Shown: piece by piece, positions 1 to 8,042 of the stretch
Layout of the letters: every line of letters starts with the position of its first letter
Position numbering within the stretch: position 1 is the stretch's first letter
Virus genome (UHGV): UHGV-1806156
Source: a virus
Direction: 5' to 3' (one strand)
DNA length: 13,526 bases
Position numbers and translations under genes: made by a program
Notes under the pieces: model-generated
Seen by the model: only the letters and a program-made list of their open reading frames with translations
The model's database searches: none
Told to the model about the DNA's origin: nothing

Positions 1-98
1 TAAGGGAAAAGCTTAACCCACAAATGAAAGCCTAAAGAGCATGAGCGACTCTTTAGGCAATCTGTGTGGGGAACATCGGAGCAGTATGTGAAGTATGA
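1..98. repeat. Left copy of a 98-bp direct repeat (same as 13429-13526)
   Basis: Positions 1-98 match 13429-13526 base for base except one T/C difference (position 54 vs 13482). The repeat runs to both window edges, so its full extent is unknown. Confidence 0.9.
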
Positions 99-437
99 GC
101 AGACTGTGATGATGTGACTTATATCTATGCGTATAACAGCCTCCGCTGTTTACGCTCTTTGTGTGGGTCCGGCGAATGCGTCAGCATGAGGCCCACAATG
201 TGGACCGCTGCCGAAAGCTTGCCAGCGCCGGAAGGAGGCAGCAAAGAGTCTCCCGCGCGCATGTGTGGGCGTATACGTAAGATATACATTCATAAATCCA
301 ATTCTAGGCCCATAAATGGCCTTCTGGCTGCATTAACTAGTGTGAGTAGTGCAATTGCATTACCTGACCTCTAAATCGCGTTAGAATTGATTTTAGAGCG
401 CCTAAGGCAAAAAGTGCTCTCCCTCCCTTGTGGGCCA

Positions 438-467
438 TTGACAATCTTATTGCATAAATGCTATAAG
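438..467 (+). promoter_or_regulatory. Sigma70-like promoter candidate (-35 TTGACA 438-443, 18-bp spacer, -10 TATAAG 462-467)
   Basis: Hexamers read directly; one of five ATTGACAAT-type sites in 437-765. Confidence 0.3.
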
Positions 468-566
468 TGATTTTGGTTTTGACACGGTAGGGGCCATTAA
501 TAATGCTTACCCCTTTGCTGTGGACTTGCTTGTACATATAGCATACCTAAATGATAATAATTCTCA

Positions 567-595
567 TTGACAATTGGTTGACAATATGATAAGAT
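567..595 (+). promoter_or_regulatory. Sigma70-like promoter candidate (-35 TTGACA 567-572, 17-bp spacer, -10 TAAGAT 590-595)
   Basis: Hexamers read directly; a second TTGACA at 578-583 overlaps it. Sits upstream of the sORF at 631. Confidence 0.3.
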
Positions 596-630
596 TATAA
601 ATAGGGGGAGAAACAGATCCGGAGGTCAAT

Positions 631-780
631 GTGGAAATTACTGATGCAATAGCGATCATCAACCTGGCTGTACTGTGGTGCGGTGTTGCCTACATAGCCG
701 GAGTGACTGCAATCGACAATCTTGAAGAAAAAATGATAGATAAATACAAAAAGATTGTTGACAATTTGACGAATGTCTGA
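631..780 (+). CDS. Small ORF, 49 aa, GTG start, predicted single transmembrane helix (VEITDAIAIINLAVLWCGVAYIAGVTAIDNLEEKMIDKYKKIVDNLTNV)
   Basis: GGAGG at 621-625 sits 5 nt before GTG 631, stop TGA at 778-780. Hydrophobic N-terminal stretch. Below the 60-aa cutoff of the ORF track. Confidence 0.3.
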   Translation: MEITDAIAIINLAVLWCGVAYIAGVTAIDNLEEKMIDKYKKIVDNLTNV

Positions 781-786
781 TAAAAT
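758..786 (+). promoter_or_regulatory. Sigma70-like promoter candidate (-35 TTGACA 758-763, 17-bp spacer, -10 TAAAAT 781-786), likely driving the operon starting at 913
   Basis: Near-consensus hexamers with 17-bp spacing, about 125 bp upstream of ATG 913. Confidence 0.45.
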
Positions 787-912
787 ATAAAGCATAGGGT
801 AATTCTCATCATAGTGAATTTCCTTTAGTAGACTGGCGGGGGCTTGTCTTAAGTTCCCGTTTCTTTTTAATCATATATCGCACAGGTTAGTGAGCTGACA
901 GGAGATTGAATC

Positions 913-1128
913 ATGGCTAAAACCGGACCGATAAGCCAGCTGGTAAACTGGACTACTGACGAAATCGTCGAGAACGTGCTTAAAGGTAACTTTCGAAAAA
1001 CTTCCGTTTATGCATTTATTCGTAAACACAAAGGAGAATATCCACACATTGAAGCGGCAATTTTAGAACTGAATCGTCTCCGCCTTGAGCGTGAGCTGGC
1101 TAAATACACCAACAACATTAATAAATAA
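913..1128 (+). CDS. Hypothetical small protein, 71 aa
   Basis: ORF with AGGAGA RBS 7 nt upstream of ATG 913; first gene after a long non-coding region. No recognisable family. Confidence 0.55.
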   Translation: MAKTGPISQLVNWTTDEIVENVLKGNFRKTSVYAFIRKHKGEYPHIEAAILELNRLRLERELAKYTNNINK

Positions 1129-1141
1129 CTGTGGGGGAACT

Positions 1142-2038
1142 ATGGCAAGTAATTACGGGGAGGTTTTTAATCCCCATTTCGAACGCCTCATTCAGTATAC
1201 TTTTGATAAACCAGTTGCAACAACAATTGCTAATAAAAAGACTGGAAAAACAAAAGAAAGATTTAAGTTAGACCTGACGGAGGTTACAATTTATGGAAAA
1301 ATGGCAGGTTTTCATTTAAACGGGCAAGAAATATTTATCTCAGAGCAGACCTTAGCAAAAATATGTGGAGTGAGCGATAGAAAAATCCGTGATTCGATTA
1401 AATCTCTAGAAAATGCCGGGCTTATTTCTAAAGATAATCGGAAAGGCATGTCTAATATTTACAAACTACTAATTACTCCTTCACAGGTTTGCAAAATGTG
1501 TGACGCTCAAGGAATACAACCTATGAGCAATGCAGGTGGTGAAGATAAACAGCCTCAGGAAGCCCCAAAACAAGCCGCACAGCAAGCTAAAAAGGCTAAA
1601 GTAGTGCAATTGCCTACCCAAGACACTAAAGCGCCTCAAATTAACGCTGTTAGTGACAAGCCACGCCGGGGCCGTCCTGTGAAAGATGTAACCGATGGAG
1701 GGTGGATCGCCCTGGGTGAGAGTGAGGCTAAAGGCATAATGCGATCACTGTGGGAAAGCAAATACAAAGATTTAAACAAACGTCGCCCGATCCTTTTGTC
1801 AAAGATTCAGGAGGATTTTTACACCACAGAAGAGGTAAGCCGACATAAAGGGAAAATAGAGGGTGAAATCTGGAAACCGGAAGAATACTGGCATTTAACC
1901 AGACCTGTGTTTATTTTTGCAAATAAGCTTATTGGGATGGGATTTGAAATATTGTTAGATAAAACCTGCGGAGATTATCCCGAAATATTGTGGAGAAATG
2001 TTAGAAAAAATAAAAAAGGCATTTTAGAGTTTAAATAA
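1142..2038 (+). CDS. Putative replication initiator-like protein with winged helix-turn-helix, 298 aa
   Basis: ATG at 1142 preceded by GGGGGA RBS, right after the stop of the 913 ORF; the track's 1085 start is an upstream in-frame extension. The segment FISEQTLAKICGVSDRKIRDSIKSLENAGLISKDNRKG resembles the wHTH of phage and plasmid replication initiators. Function from motif recognition only. Confidence 0.45.
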   Translation: MASNYGEVFNPHFERLIQYTFDKPVATTIANKKTGKTKERFKLDLTEVTIYGKMAGFHLNGQEIFISEQTLAKICGVSDRKIRDSIKSLENAGLISKDNRKGMSNIYKLLITPSQVCKMCDAQGIQPMSNAGGEDKQPQEAPKQAAQQAKKAKVVQLPTQDTKAPQINAVSDKPRRGRPVKDVTDGGWIALGESEAKGIMRSLWESKYKDLNKRRPILLSKIQEDFYTTEEVSRHKGKIEGEIWKPEEYWHLTRPVFIFANKLIGMGFEILLDKTCGDYPEILWRNVRKNKKGILEFK

Positions 2039-2085
2039 AAACACTGATAATCTTATTTTTTACAGTATTCTAAAGGAAATTTAAA

Positions 2086-2232
2086 ATGTATGGCGATTTT
2101 GATTATTACCTGGAAAAGGAAAAATATTTTGAAGATGAACTATCACAACATTTTTCATATTGGGAAGAATATTGTGGTTGGTTAGCTGAAGATCCAGCAG
2201 ATGAAGAAAACGATTCTGACATCCCTTATTGA
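2086..2232 (+). CDS. Small acidic ORF, 48 aa (MYGDFDYYLEKEKYFEDELSQHFSYWEEYCGWLAEDPADEENDSDIPY)
   Basis: ATG 2086 with AAGGAAA RBS about 6 nt upstream, stop TGA 2230-2232. Strongly acidic and aromatic-rich. Below the ORF-track cutoff. Confidence 0.35.
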   Translation: MYGDFDYYLEKEKYFEDELSQHFSYWEEYCGWLAEDPADEENDSDIPY

Positions 2233-2316
2233 TATCCCCAAATAAACTAAATAAATAAACTAAGCACTAGAACTAGATTGATTGCCCTGATCTTTTAAAC
2301 GTTCGGAGAATTAATC

Positions 2317-2805
2317 ATGTTCAAATCTAATCTTTCTGATTCTCAATTCGAAAAACTGGTAGCACTGCAGAAATATCTTCCCAGTGATGATCAACCAACA
2401 CGACAGGCTAAACACTTATTAGTCGAGGGCTTTACCCCTGAATTCGTGGCGGAATATACAGGCGTTAAACTTGATAAAGTCCAAAAACTATATAATGAGT
2501 CCTGGAATCCACGGTGTCGAGTTCCCCTCAGTGTCTATAACGACATAGATAGAGATAAAAATGTCTTCGAAGATCGCCGCCGCAAATCTCTTTTAATGTG
2601 GAATTGTGGGATGAATATTGAAGAGATAGCAAAAGAATTAAAAGTAACCTGCTTTCATATATGGGGCTTGTTGAGTGAAATCCTGCCACGTAAGGAGCTT
2701 AATCAACGTTTGCCTAAGCCCGGTAGTCGTGCTTATCGCGAATTTATATTCATCTACCGCCGCCATAGAAATAAAGTCCAGAAAGCAATGGCCCAGAAAG
2801 CTTGA
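2317..2805 (+). CDS. Putative DNA-binding regulator with two HTH-like segments, 162 aa
   Basis: GGAGA RBS before ATG 2317. Two segments with HTH character: GFTPEFVAEYTGVKLDKVQKL and GMNIEEIAKELKVTCFHIWGLL. Confidence 0.5.
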   Translation: MFKSNLSDSQFEKLVALQKYLPSDDQPTRQAKHLLVEGFTPEFVAEYTGVKLDKVQKLYNESWNPRCRVPLSVYNDIDRDKNVFEDRRRKSLLMWNCGMNIEEIAKELKVTCFHIWGLLSEILPRKELNQRLPKPGSRAYREFIFIYRRHRNKVQKAMAQKA

Positions 2806-2878
2806 GTTTTATCTCTTCGATTTATTTATTTTCGACTCACTTTAACCCCTTCCGGGGCTCTAATTTAAGGAATTCCAA

Positions 2879-3322
2879 ATGTCTCAAATCGCTAAATTAT
2901 TATCCCAGGTTATCAAAGCTATCGACGCTGAAGATTCAAAAGTTCGCCAGGATCTTTTAGATGGCAAGTTTACCAACACCCTGGCATTTACCCGTGACAA
3001 AGAGCACTTCTTAAAACACAGGCATCACGCTTTTCCTGAATGCAAGTCCGCTAATGGTGATGTTTTCTATGTCGATTTGGTGGTTATGGCATGTAGGCTG
3101 TGGATGATTCAGGACCTTATGCGCCAACACGGTGATGATCCTCTTATCAGCATGTGGAACAGCGCCCAGGATGGCTTTGTGATTGCTGCCTTATCCAAAT
3201 CAATGATTGAGGCAGAAGGGGCAAGCCTTCAGAACATGGCAGATCTCTTTGAAATAAGCGTAGGAATGATGCAGACCATGCTCCAAGCTGTCAAACCTCT
3301 CAAACTGGTTAATCTTGATTAA
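2879..3322 (+). CDS. Hypothetical protein, 147 aa
   Basis: AAGGA RBS before ATG 2879; no recognisable family. Confidence 0.55.
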   Translation: MSQIAKLLSQVIKAIDAEDSKVRQDLLDGKFTNTLAFTRDKEHFLKHRHHAFPECKSANGDVFYVDLVVMACRLWMIQDLMRQHGDDPLISMWNSAQDGFVIAALSKSMIEAEGASLQNMADLFEISVGMMQTMLQAVKPLKLVNLD

Positions 3323-3382
3323 GCTATTGATAAATAAGCACTCCCCATTTTTTGGGGGGTGCATCAATGAGAGGATATGCCT

Positions 3383-3766
3383 ATGAATATTGAAGAAATG
3401 ATAGTTGAATTCGAAGAGGGTGATTTCCTGGAAGAAGGGGAGTTTAGTTACTCCCATTTTAAACAGGCGTTATTTAGCAGCGATGATAAACCACACGTTA
3501 GTGATCTTAACGACGATGATTTATGTCGTTGGGTATGCACCCGCTTAAATGAAGATGGAAAGTATACAGGCCAAAACTTTCCAAATCTCTATTTCAAAGC
3601 ACAAACATTTGAGGAAGGGCAAAGAGTGAAAAACCTGGTCGATAAAATGCTGTCAGCCGGATATTTGCATAAAGAATTATTAAATCCTAAAGCTGAAAGC
3701 AAGCGCCATTATATTTTTGTGTGGACTATTGGCGATAAGTGTCCACTAAGACGCAAAGGCAAATGA
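3383..3766 (+). CDS. Acidic protein, 127 aa; possible tail assembly chaperone by position
   Basis: GAGAGGA (3369-3375) is 7 nt before ATG 3383; the track's ATG 3377 is too close to the RBS. Acidic N-terminus and position two genes upstream of the tape measure gene. Function is positional inference only. Confidence 0.4.
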   Translation: MNIEEMIVEFEEGDFLEEGEFSYSHFKQALFSSDDKPHVSDLNDDDLCRWVCTRLNEDGKYTGQNFPNLYFKAQTFEEGQRVKNLVDKMLSAGYLHKELLNPKAESKRHYIFVWTIGDKCPLRRKGK

Positions 3767-3767
3767 T

Positions 3768-4004
3768 ATGAATACCTACGAAAAGATTTATCAAAAACTG
3801 GTTAAGGACTCCGAAGACACGCCCGAAGGGGTGACAGTAGGTCACCTGCCAGAGGCAGCGAAAGAGGGGGCCACCATTATTAAAAGTGGCTCCCACACAG
3901 AAGGCCTCTCAATCGAAGAGCTGGCGGAGAAATATAATATTGATAAAGAGGCCCTGAAAAGGGCTATTTCATTATCAAAATCTTTAAGACAGGGCGAGGT
4001 ATAA
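3768..4004 (+). CDS. Hypothetical protein, 78 aa, translationally coupled between the acidic protein and the tape measure gene
   Basis: Starts 1 nt after the preceding stop and ends 1 nt before ATG 4006. Confidence 0.45.
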   Translation: MNTYEKIYQKLVKDSEDTPEGVTVGHLPEAAKEGATIIKSGSHTEGLSIEELAEKYNIDKEALKRAISLSKSLRQGEV

Positions 4005-4005
4005 A

Positions 4006-6153
4006 ATGGCAATGAAGGAAGTAGCCAGACTAACAAACGTTATTTACTGGGACTCTGATAAATCCTCCTGGCGAAAAGAAGTTAAACGGCTTGAGGATTA
4101 TAAAAAATCCTGGAAGAAAGCTACCGACGATATAGCTAAAGCTGATTTTAAATCTAATCAGGCTGTGCTCAGAACACAAAGAACACGCGCTAAGGTGGAA
4201 GAGCAGATAGCCAGAGCTCAGAGGAAACAACAGGAAGCACAGAAGAAACAACGTGCTCAGGCTGTCAGCCGTCTGACCGGGGGCAACAATGCCGAACTTA
4301 ACTCTATGCGCAAGTTCTACCAACAACAAGCCAGAGAAGCCGCCAGACAACAAAAACTGTTAGATCGTAGTGTTGGAGATGTTCAGCACAGAAAAGCACG
4401 TGTAGGGGCCAACAGTGCACGAATCAGCAGCATGTTTGATGGCTCCCTGGTTGCTCAGTTCCAGGGGCGCATTCAAAGAGTTAATGCTGATTATGCTAAA
4501 GGGGCTATAAACCTGCAGACCTATAATCAGAGGATGGCCCGACTCAGATCTGAAATGAAGATGGCAACAGCCGAAGCCGGAAAATTCCAGAGCAGACTAG
4601 ACAGAGCTGCGGCCGCAGGCTCCAGGCTGCATGACAACCTGGGGAAACTGAATTCCACACTGGGCAAGATAGCCATTGGCCTTACTGCCGCTGGCTGGGG
4701 TGTTCAGCGTGCTGTTAGTGGTGCTATGGGTAGCCTTGCAGATCGCAACAGTGCTTATTTCGGCTTAATGTCACAGAACAAGGATGATAAATCAAAAACT
4801 GATCAGCAGATGGCTTTTATCAAGAACACAGCCTACACCTACGGGATGGATCAGCGTGAGATGGAAGGCGGCTACATGCGCTTTGCTGCAGCTACCCCCA
4901 CCATGAAGGAATCTGATAAGCAGGCTCTCTTTGAGGCTATGGCTATTAAAGGCCGCTCAGTGGGTGCTACTGGCGAGCAACAGAACAGGGCGCTTGTTGC
5001 GGTCCAACAAATGGCTTCAAAAAATAAAGTCATGGCGGAGGAGCTGCGTGGGCAGCTGGCAGAAGCCTTTGCAGGCTCACAACAGGACTTCCAACAGGCC
5101 GCTATTGATGCCGGAATCATCAAAAATACCCAGGAATTCGATAAAGCCCTTAAAGATGGCAAAATCACCCTGGACAAGCTACTTCCTTCCCTAGTGAAAA
5201 TTTGGGGTGCTGCAAAAGAAACTAAAGCTTTTGCTGAATCCATGAAACAGCCAGAAGTAGCAATGCAGCGCATGAAAAACAGCTTTAACGAGCTGGCGAT
5301 TCAGTTTATGGGTGTTGTGGATCCTGCGGATGGCGTTATTAGCTTATCTGAATCTCTGATCTCCATCTTTGAAGACCTCACCACTGATATGGACGGCAGC
5401 GGGAGCGCGGCAAAACAGTTCGGTGAGGCAGTCGGGTCTGCCATGCGTGAGATCATGTATTGGGTAGGCTTCGCTAAGGGATATATTGAGGTCAAGGCTA
5501 AAGAGTTCGGCATGACCGGATCAGAGGTTGGCGAGCTTATCGGGAAACTGGTAGTCGGCTTAGCTGGTCTGAAAGTTATTACCACACTGCTTTCCCCTCT
5601 AACCGGATTTGTTTCACTTGTCACCCAACTGATTTCTCTGATAGGCAAGATTCCAGGTCTGGGCAATCTCGTTAAGGGTGCTGGCGGGGCAGTCGCTGGA
5701 AGCCCAACAACAGCATTAGCCGCTGGCAGTGCCGCAGGTGTGGGTGTTGGTGTCGCTGGCGCACTAGGCGCTAAGACGGTAGGTGAGAAGTTCAGAGGAT
5801 GGATGCAAAGCAAGGCTGATCAGTTCGGGGAGTGGGCTAAATCTAAAGGCCTGCTTAGCGATGAACAGGACGCTATGACCAAACCGGGGGCCTATAACCA
5901 TAGCTACATCAACAAGGGAGCTTCCTTTAATCCATATCCAACCATTAGCCCTTCACGTCCTACTCCTAGCACTGGTACGGCTATTCAGAATGGCGGATAT
6001 CAACCAGTCCAAGTAAATGTAGCCCCACAAGGTGAGATTTCCGGCAAATGGGAGATAACCATCGATGAGGGGGGAATTGCCAGGGTGATCCAGAAGGAAG
6101 TTAGCGATCAGTTGGATTGGAAAGCCACACAGGAATCTAACCAGCTTTTCTAA
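4006..6153 (+). CDS. Phage tail tape measure protein-like, 715 aa
   Basis: Long Q/R/K/A-rich helical N-terminal region, a central segment that reads like a tape-measure domain (AAATPTMKESDKQALFEAMAIKGRSVGATGEQQNRALVAVQQMASKNKVMAEELRGQLAEAF), and a Gly/Ala-rich hydrophobic block (LAGLKVITTLLSPLTGFVSLVTQLISLIGKIPGLGNLVKGAGGAVAG...). Recognised by eye, not by search. Confidence 0.6.
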   Translation: MAMKEVARLTNVIYWDSDKSSWRKEVKRLEDYKKSWKKATDDIAKADFKSNQAVLRTQRTRAKVEEQIARAQRKQQEAQKKQRAQAVSRLTGGNNAELNSMRKFYQQQAREAARQQKLLDRSVGDVQHRKARVGANSARISSMFDGSLVAQFQGRIQRVNADYAKGAINLQTYNQRMARLRSEMKMATAEAGKFQSRLDRAAAAGSRLHDNLGKLNSTLGKIAIGLTAAGWGVQRAVSGAMGSLADRNSAYFGLMSQNKDDKSKTDQQMAFIKNTAYTYGMDQREMEGGYMRFAAATPTMKESDKQALFEAMAIKGRSVGATGEQQNRALVAVQQMASKNKVMAEELRGQLAEAFAGSQQDFQQAAIDAGIIKNTQEFDKALKDGKITLDKLLPSLVKIWGAAKETKAFAESMKQPEVAMQRMKNSFNELAIQFMGVVDPADGVISLSESLISIFEDLTTDMDGSGSAAKQFGEAVGSAMREIMYWVGFAKGYIEVKAKEFGMTGSEVGELIGKLVVGLAGLKVITTLLSPLTGFVSLVTQLISLIGKIPGLGNLVKGAGGAVAGSPTTALAAGSAAGVGVGVAGALGAKTVGEKFRGWMQSKADQFGEWAKSKGLLSDEQDAMTKPGAYNHSYINKGASFNPYPTISPSRPTPSTGTAIQNGGYQPVQVNVAPQGEISGKWEITIDEGGIARVIQKEVSDQLDWKATQESNQLF

Positions 6154-6204
6154 TATTGTGATCAAAATCAATAAGTTAGCCTGACCGGATAAACTCCAGG
6201 CAAG

Positions 6205-6242
6205 AAAAAAGCCCCTAAGTGTTAACAAAGGGGCTCTTCTCC
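6205..6242. terminator. Hairpin terminator between convergent operons (stem AGCCCCT 6210-6216 / AGGGGCT 6229-6235)
   Basis: 7-bp GC-rich stem with 12-nt loop. On the minus strand it is followed by a run of six T (plus-strand A 6205-6210); on the plus strand by a weaker T-rich tract. Confidence 0.5.
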
Positions 6243-6266
6243 GGTATCCTTTTGATGCGGGGCGAA

Positions 6267-6310
6267 CCTGCTAACAAAAATCAACCTCTCGCGAGACTAA
6301 TGTTAGCAGG
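6267..6310. other. Stem-loop with perfect 10-bp stem (CCTGCTAACA / TGTTAGCAGG) whose 24-nt loop carries TCAACCTCTCGCGAGA
   Basis: Inverted repeat read directly. The loop contains the 10-bp palindrome TCTCGCGAGA and matches the leader motif at 10547 and 11089. Confidence 0.4.
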
Positions 6311-6655
6311 TTGCCGGAAGGTAAGTCAACTCCGGCCTATAAACCTTAAAGCGACTATAAAATCGCCCCGCCAATTGTGATGATCCGACCTTTGAGGCGG
6401 GTCCGGTGCCCAGGGGGGTGCAGTGATGCACAAACCAGGCAACGATAAACAGGCTAACAGTGATAGCGGCGCTCTCTCAGCGCACTAAATCCTAACCAGT
6501 CCGGGAAAGAGGCTGGCTCTATCGACCGCTCATGCACGGGACAATGCATACCTGATAAAGGATTCTCACAAGGGACCAATCGCGAGAAAAAGAAGTGGAA
6601 AGGGGCTGATTTGTGGTGTATCACTACGGCCTCAAAAGAACACTATTGTCTTTTT

Positions 6656-7114
6656 TCAGCCTCTCCCAACATTTGACCAGTATTTGATTGCACCGATCAA
6701 ATCATCATAGTGGCGCATTGCATCATTGAAGCCTTTATAGCTTGCCCATTGTGGGGAAACCTTGTTATTGCTGAATTGCCCACTAATCAGGATAGTCTCC
6801 AGAATGTCGGCATATCGCTTACCAATACGCTTTCTGACGGCCTCAGAGCTCCCACCCTTTACGATTGCATTAATCAGGGCTTTTGTGTGTCTCAGGCTCT
6901 CATAGAGCATTGCAGCGTGGGCAGATTCCATAAAGGAGCGCTTAGGCAAATCACCCCACCCCTCAGAGTGGATAGCCGCCAGTGTGGCGTAATTCAGGCC
7001 GCTATAGTGCTTTCCGTCATCCCAGCCAACCGCTACACCTTCCATCTGTGAGAGCTCTTTATGCAGCTTATCCATCATGCGCTTGTCTATGGTGCAACGG
7101 ACTTTCGGACTCAT
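6656..7114 (-). CDS. HK97 gp10-like head-tail (neck) family protein, 152 aa
   Basis: Segment GVAVGWDDGKHYSGLNYATLAAIHSEGWGDLPKRSF fits the pattern I associate with the HK97 gp10 family. GGAG RBS upstream; ATGA overlap with the preceding gene. Confidence 0.45.
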   Translation of the reverse strand: MSPKVRCTIDKRMMDKLHKELSQMEGVAVGWDDGKHYSGLNYATLAAIHSEGWGDLPKRSFMESAHAAMLYESLRHTKALINAIVKGGSSEAVRKRIGKRYADILETILISGQFSNNKVSPQWASYKGFNDAMRHYDDLIGAIKYWSNVGRG

Positions 7115-7914
7115 TTGTTGATCTCCGTGATGTCATCAAGCAACATGTTGGCCTTATCAATCATCGTTTCGTGGAATTCATTCGACACAACAGACTTATC
7201 ACCTGCGGCAATCTTTCCAGCTGCCTCTCCCTGTGCATATTCCCCGCGATGCTTAGCCCTGGTAGATTTCGTAGCAGCATTGCCAGCGTTACTACCCTCT
7301 TTAGCACTGTTAACAGCACCCTTTTGCTGTGTTTTATTCACCTTCTTACTGTTAGTGAAAACTCCGGCATTTTCGACCATCTTCACCTTGAAGGTGCGGA
7401 ATTCTTCAAAGGTGCAATCGATAGTGATGCAGTCACCGGAGGAAGAGCTACGCTTAACTTCACATTTCGTCATGATGAAGTTCTCAAGGAGTCCGGCATC
7501 TTCACTCACCAGGCTAACCAGCTGGCGCTTGTCTCTCATTTCCATAAGTGCCTGAACAGCGGCAGCAGGGCGCATAGATTCACGGGGATTATCTGGATCA
7601 GTGTTCCGGTCGATGTAGTTCTCTTTCCGGATAATGTGAGGGGAAGAGGTAATAATACCCGTAAAGCTGACAGATTTATCTTTAATGACGGCATGGTCTG
7701 ACATGGTGGTGCCATCTTCTACTGCATAGCTCGACTTTTCGACAGGGAACGAATAACGAACATCAGAGATAGAGTCAAAGAAGATAGCCACATTATCGGT
7801 ATAGTTGAAGCCATCCATTATATTTTTGTTTTGTGAATATCCCCCACACATAACAGTGAATGCGGGAGATCTCGACTCAGCTTGTTTTGCAGCTGTCAGA
7901 GCATCACTAGCCAT
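7111..7914 (-). CDS. Hypothetical protein, 267 aa (start placed at the ATG at 7914)
   Basis: Minus ORF 7111..7941 begins at a GTG; the in-frame ATG at 7914 has GGAGG 10 nt upstream. Normal amino-acid composition, unlike the Cys/Ser/Leu-rich plus-strand ORFs it overlaps. Confidence 0.55.
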   Translation of the reverse strand: MASDALTAAKQAESRSPAFTVMCGGYSQNKNIMDGFNYTDNVAIFFDSISDVRYSFPVEKSSYAVEDGTTMSDHAVIKDKSVSFTGIITSSPHIIRKENYIDRNTDPDNPRESMRPAAAVQALMEMRDKRQLVSLVSEDAGLLENFIMTKCEVKRSSSSGDCITIDCTFEEFRTFKVKMVENAGVFTNSKKVNKTQQKGAVNSAKEGSNAGNAATKSTRAKHRGEYAQGEAAGKIAAGDKSVVSNEFHETMIDKANMLLDDITEINK

Positions 7915-8042
7915 AGTAAACATGCCTCCAAATTGGTCCACTTCATGGATTTGGCTAAAGCCAAACCTGCAAAAGATGCAGGCAAAATAGAACTTATCGT
8001 TGCCCTGCGTGAATTCTGATAAAAAGACAGGGCTATCTATCG

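Noticed and set aside
114-795. ORFs 114..374 (+), 337..537 (-) and 595..795 (-)
   Set aside because: No RBS, atypical composition, located in promoter-rich non-coding DNA. The minus ORF 595..795 is antisense to the better-supported sORF at 631..780.
3323-3365. Possible terminator hairpin CCCCATTTTTTGGGG between 2879..3322 and 3383..3766
   Set aside because: The T run is in the loop, not after the stem on the plus strand, and the next gene follows immediately. More likely a weak attenuator or coincidental.
4030-6228. Minus-strand and alternative-frame ORFs inside the tape measure gene (4030..4353, 4872..5273, 4931..5194, 5301..5813, 5953..6228)
   Set aside because: They lie wholly within or antisense to the long tape measure frame, lack RBSs and have biased low-complexity composition. 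The one at 5953..6228 also runs through the terminator hairpin.
6386-6410. Weak resemblance of GAGGCGGGTCCGGTGC to the cohesive end of P2/186-type cos sites
   Set aside because: Only a short partial match from memory of the cos sequence; not enough to call a cos site. The region is kept only as a generic packaging-site candidate.
6710-7701. Plus-strand ORFs 6710..7051, 6982..7701 and 7061..7555 overlapping the minus-strand genes
   Set aside because: Cys/Ser/Leu-rich low-complexity translations with no RBS, typical of the antisense frame. The minus-strand ORFs have RBSs, ATGA coupling and normal composition.
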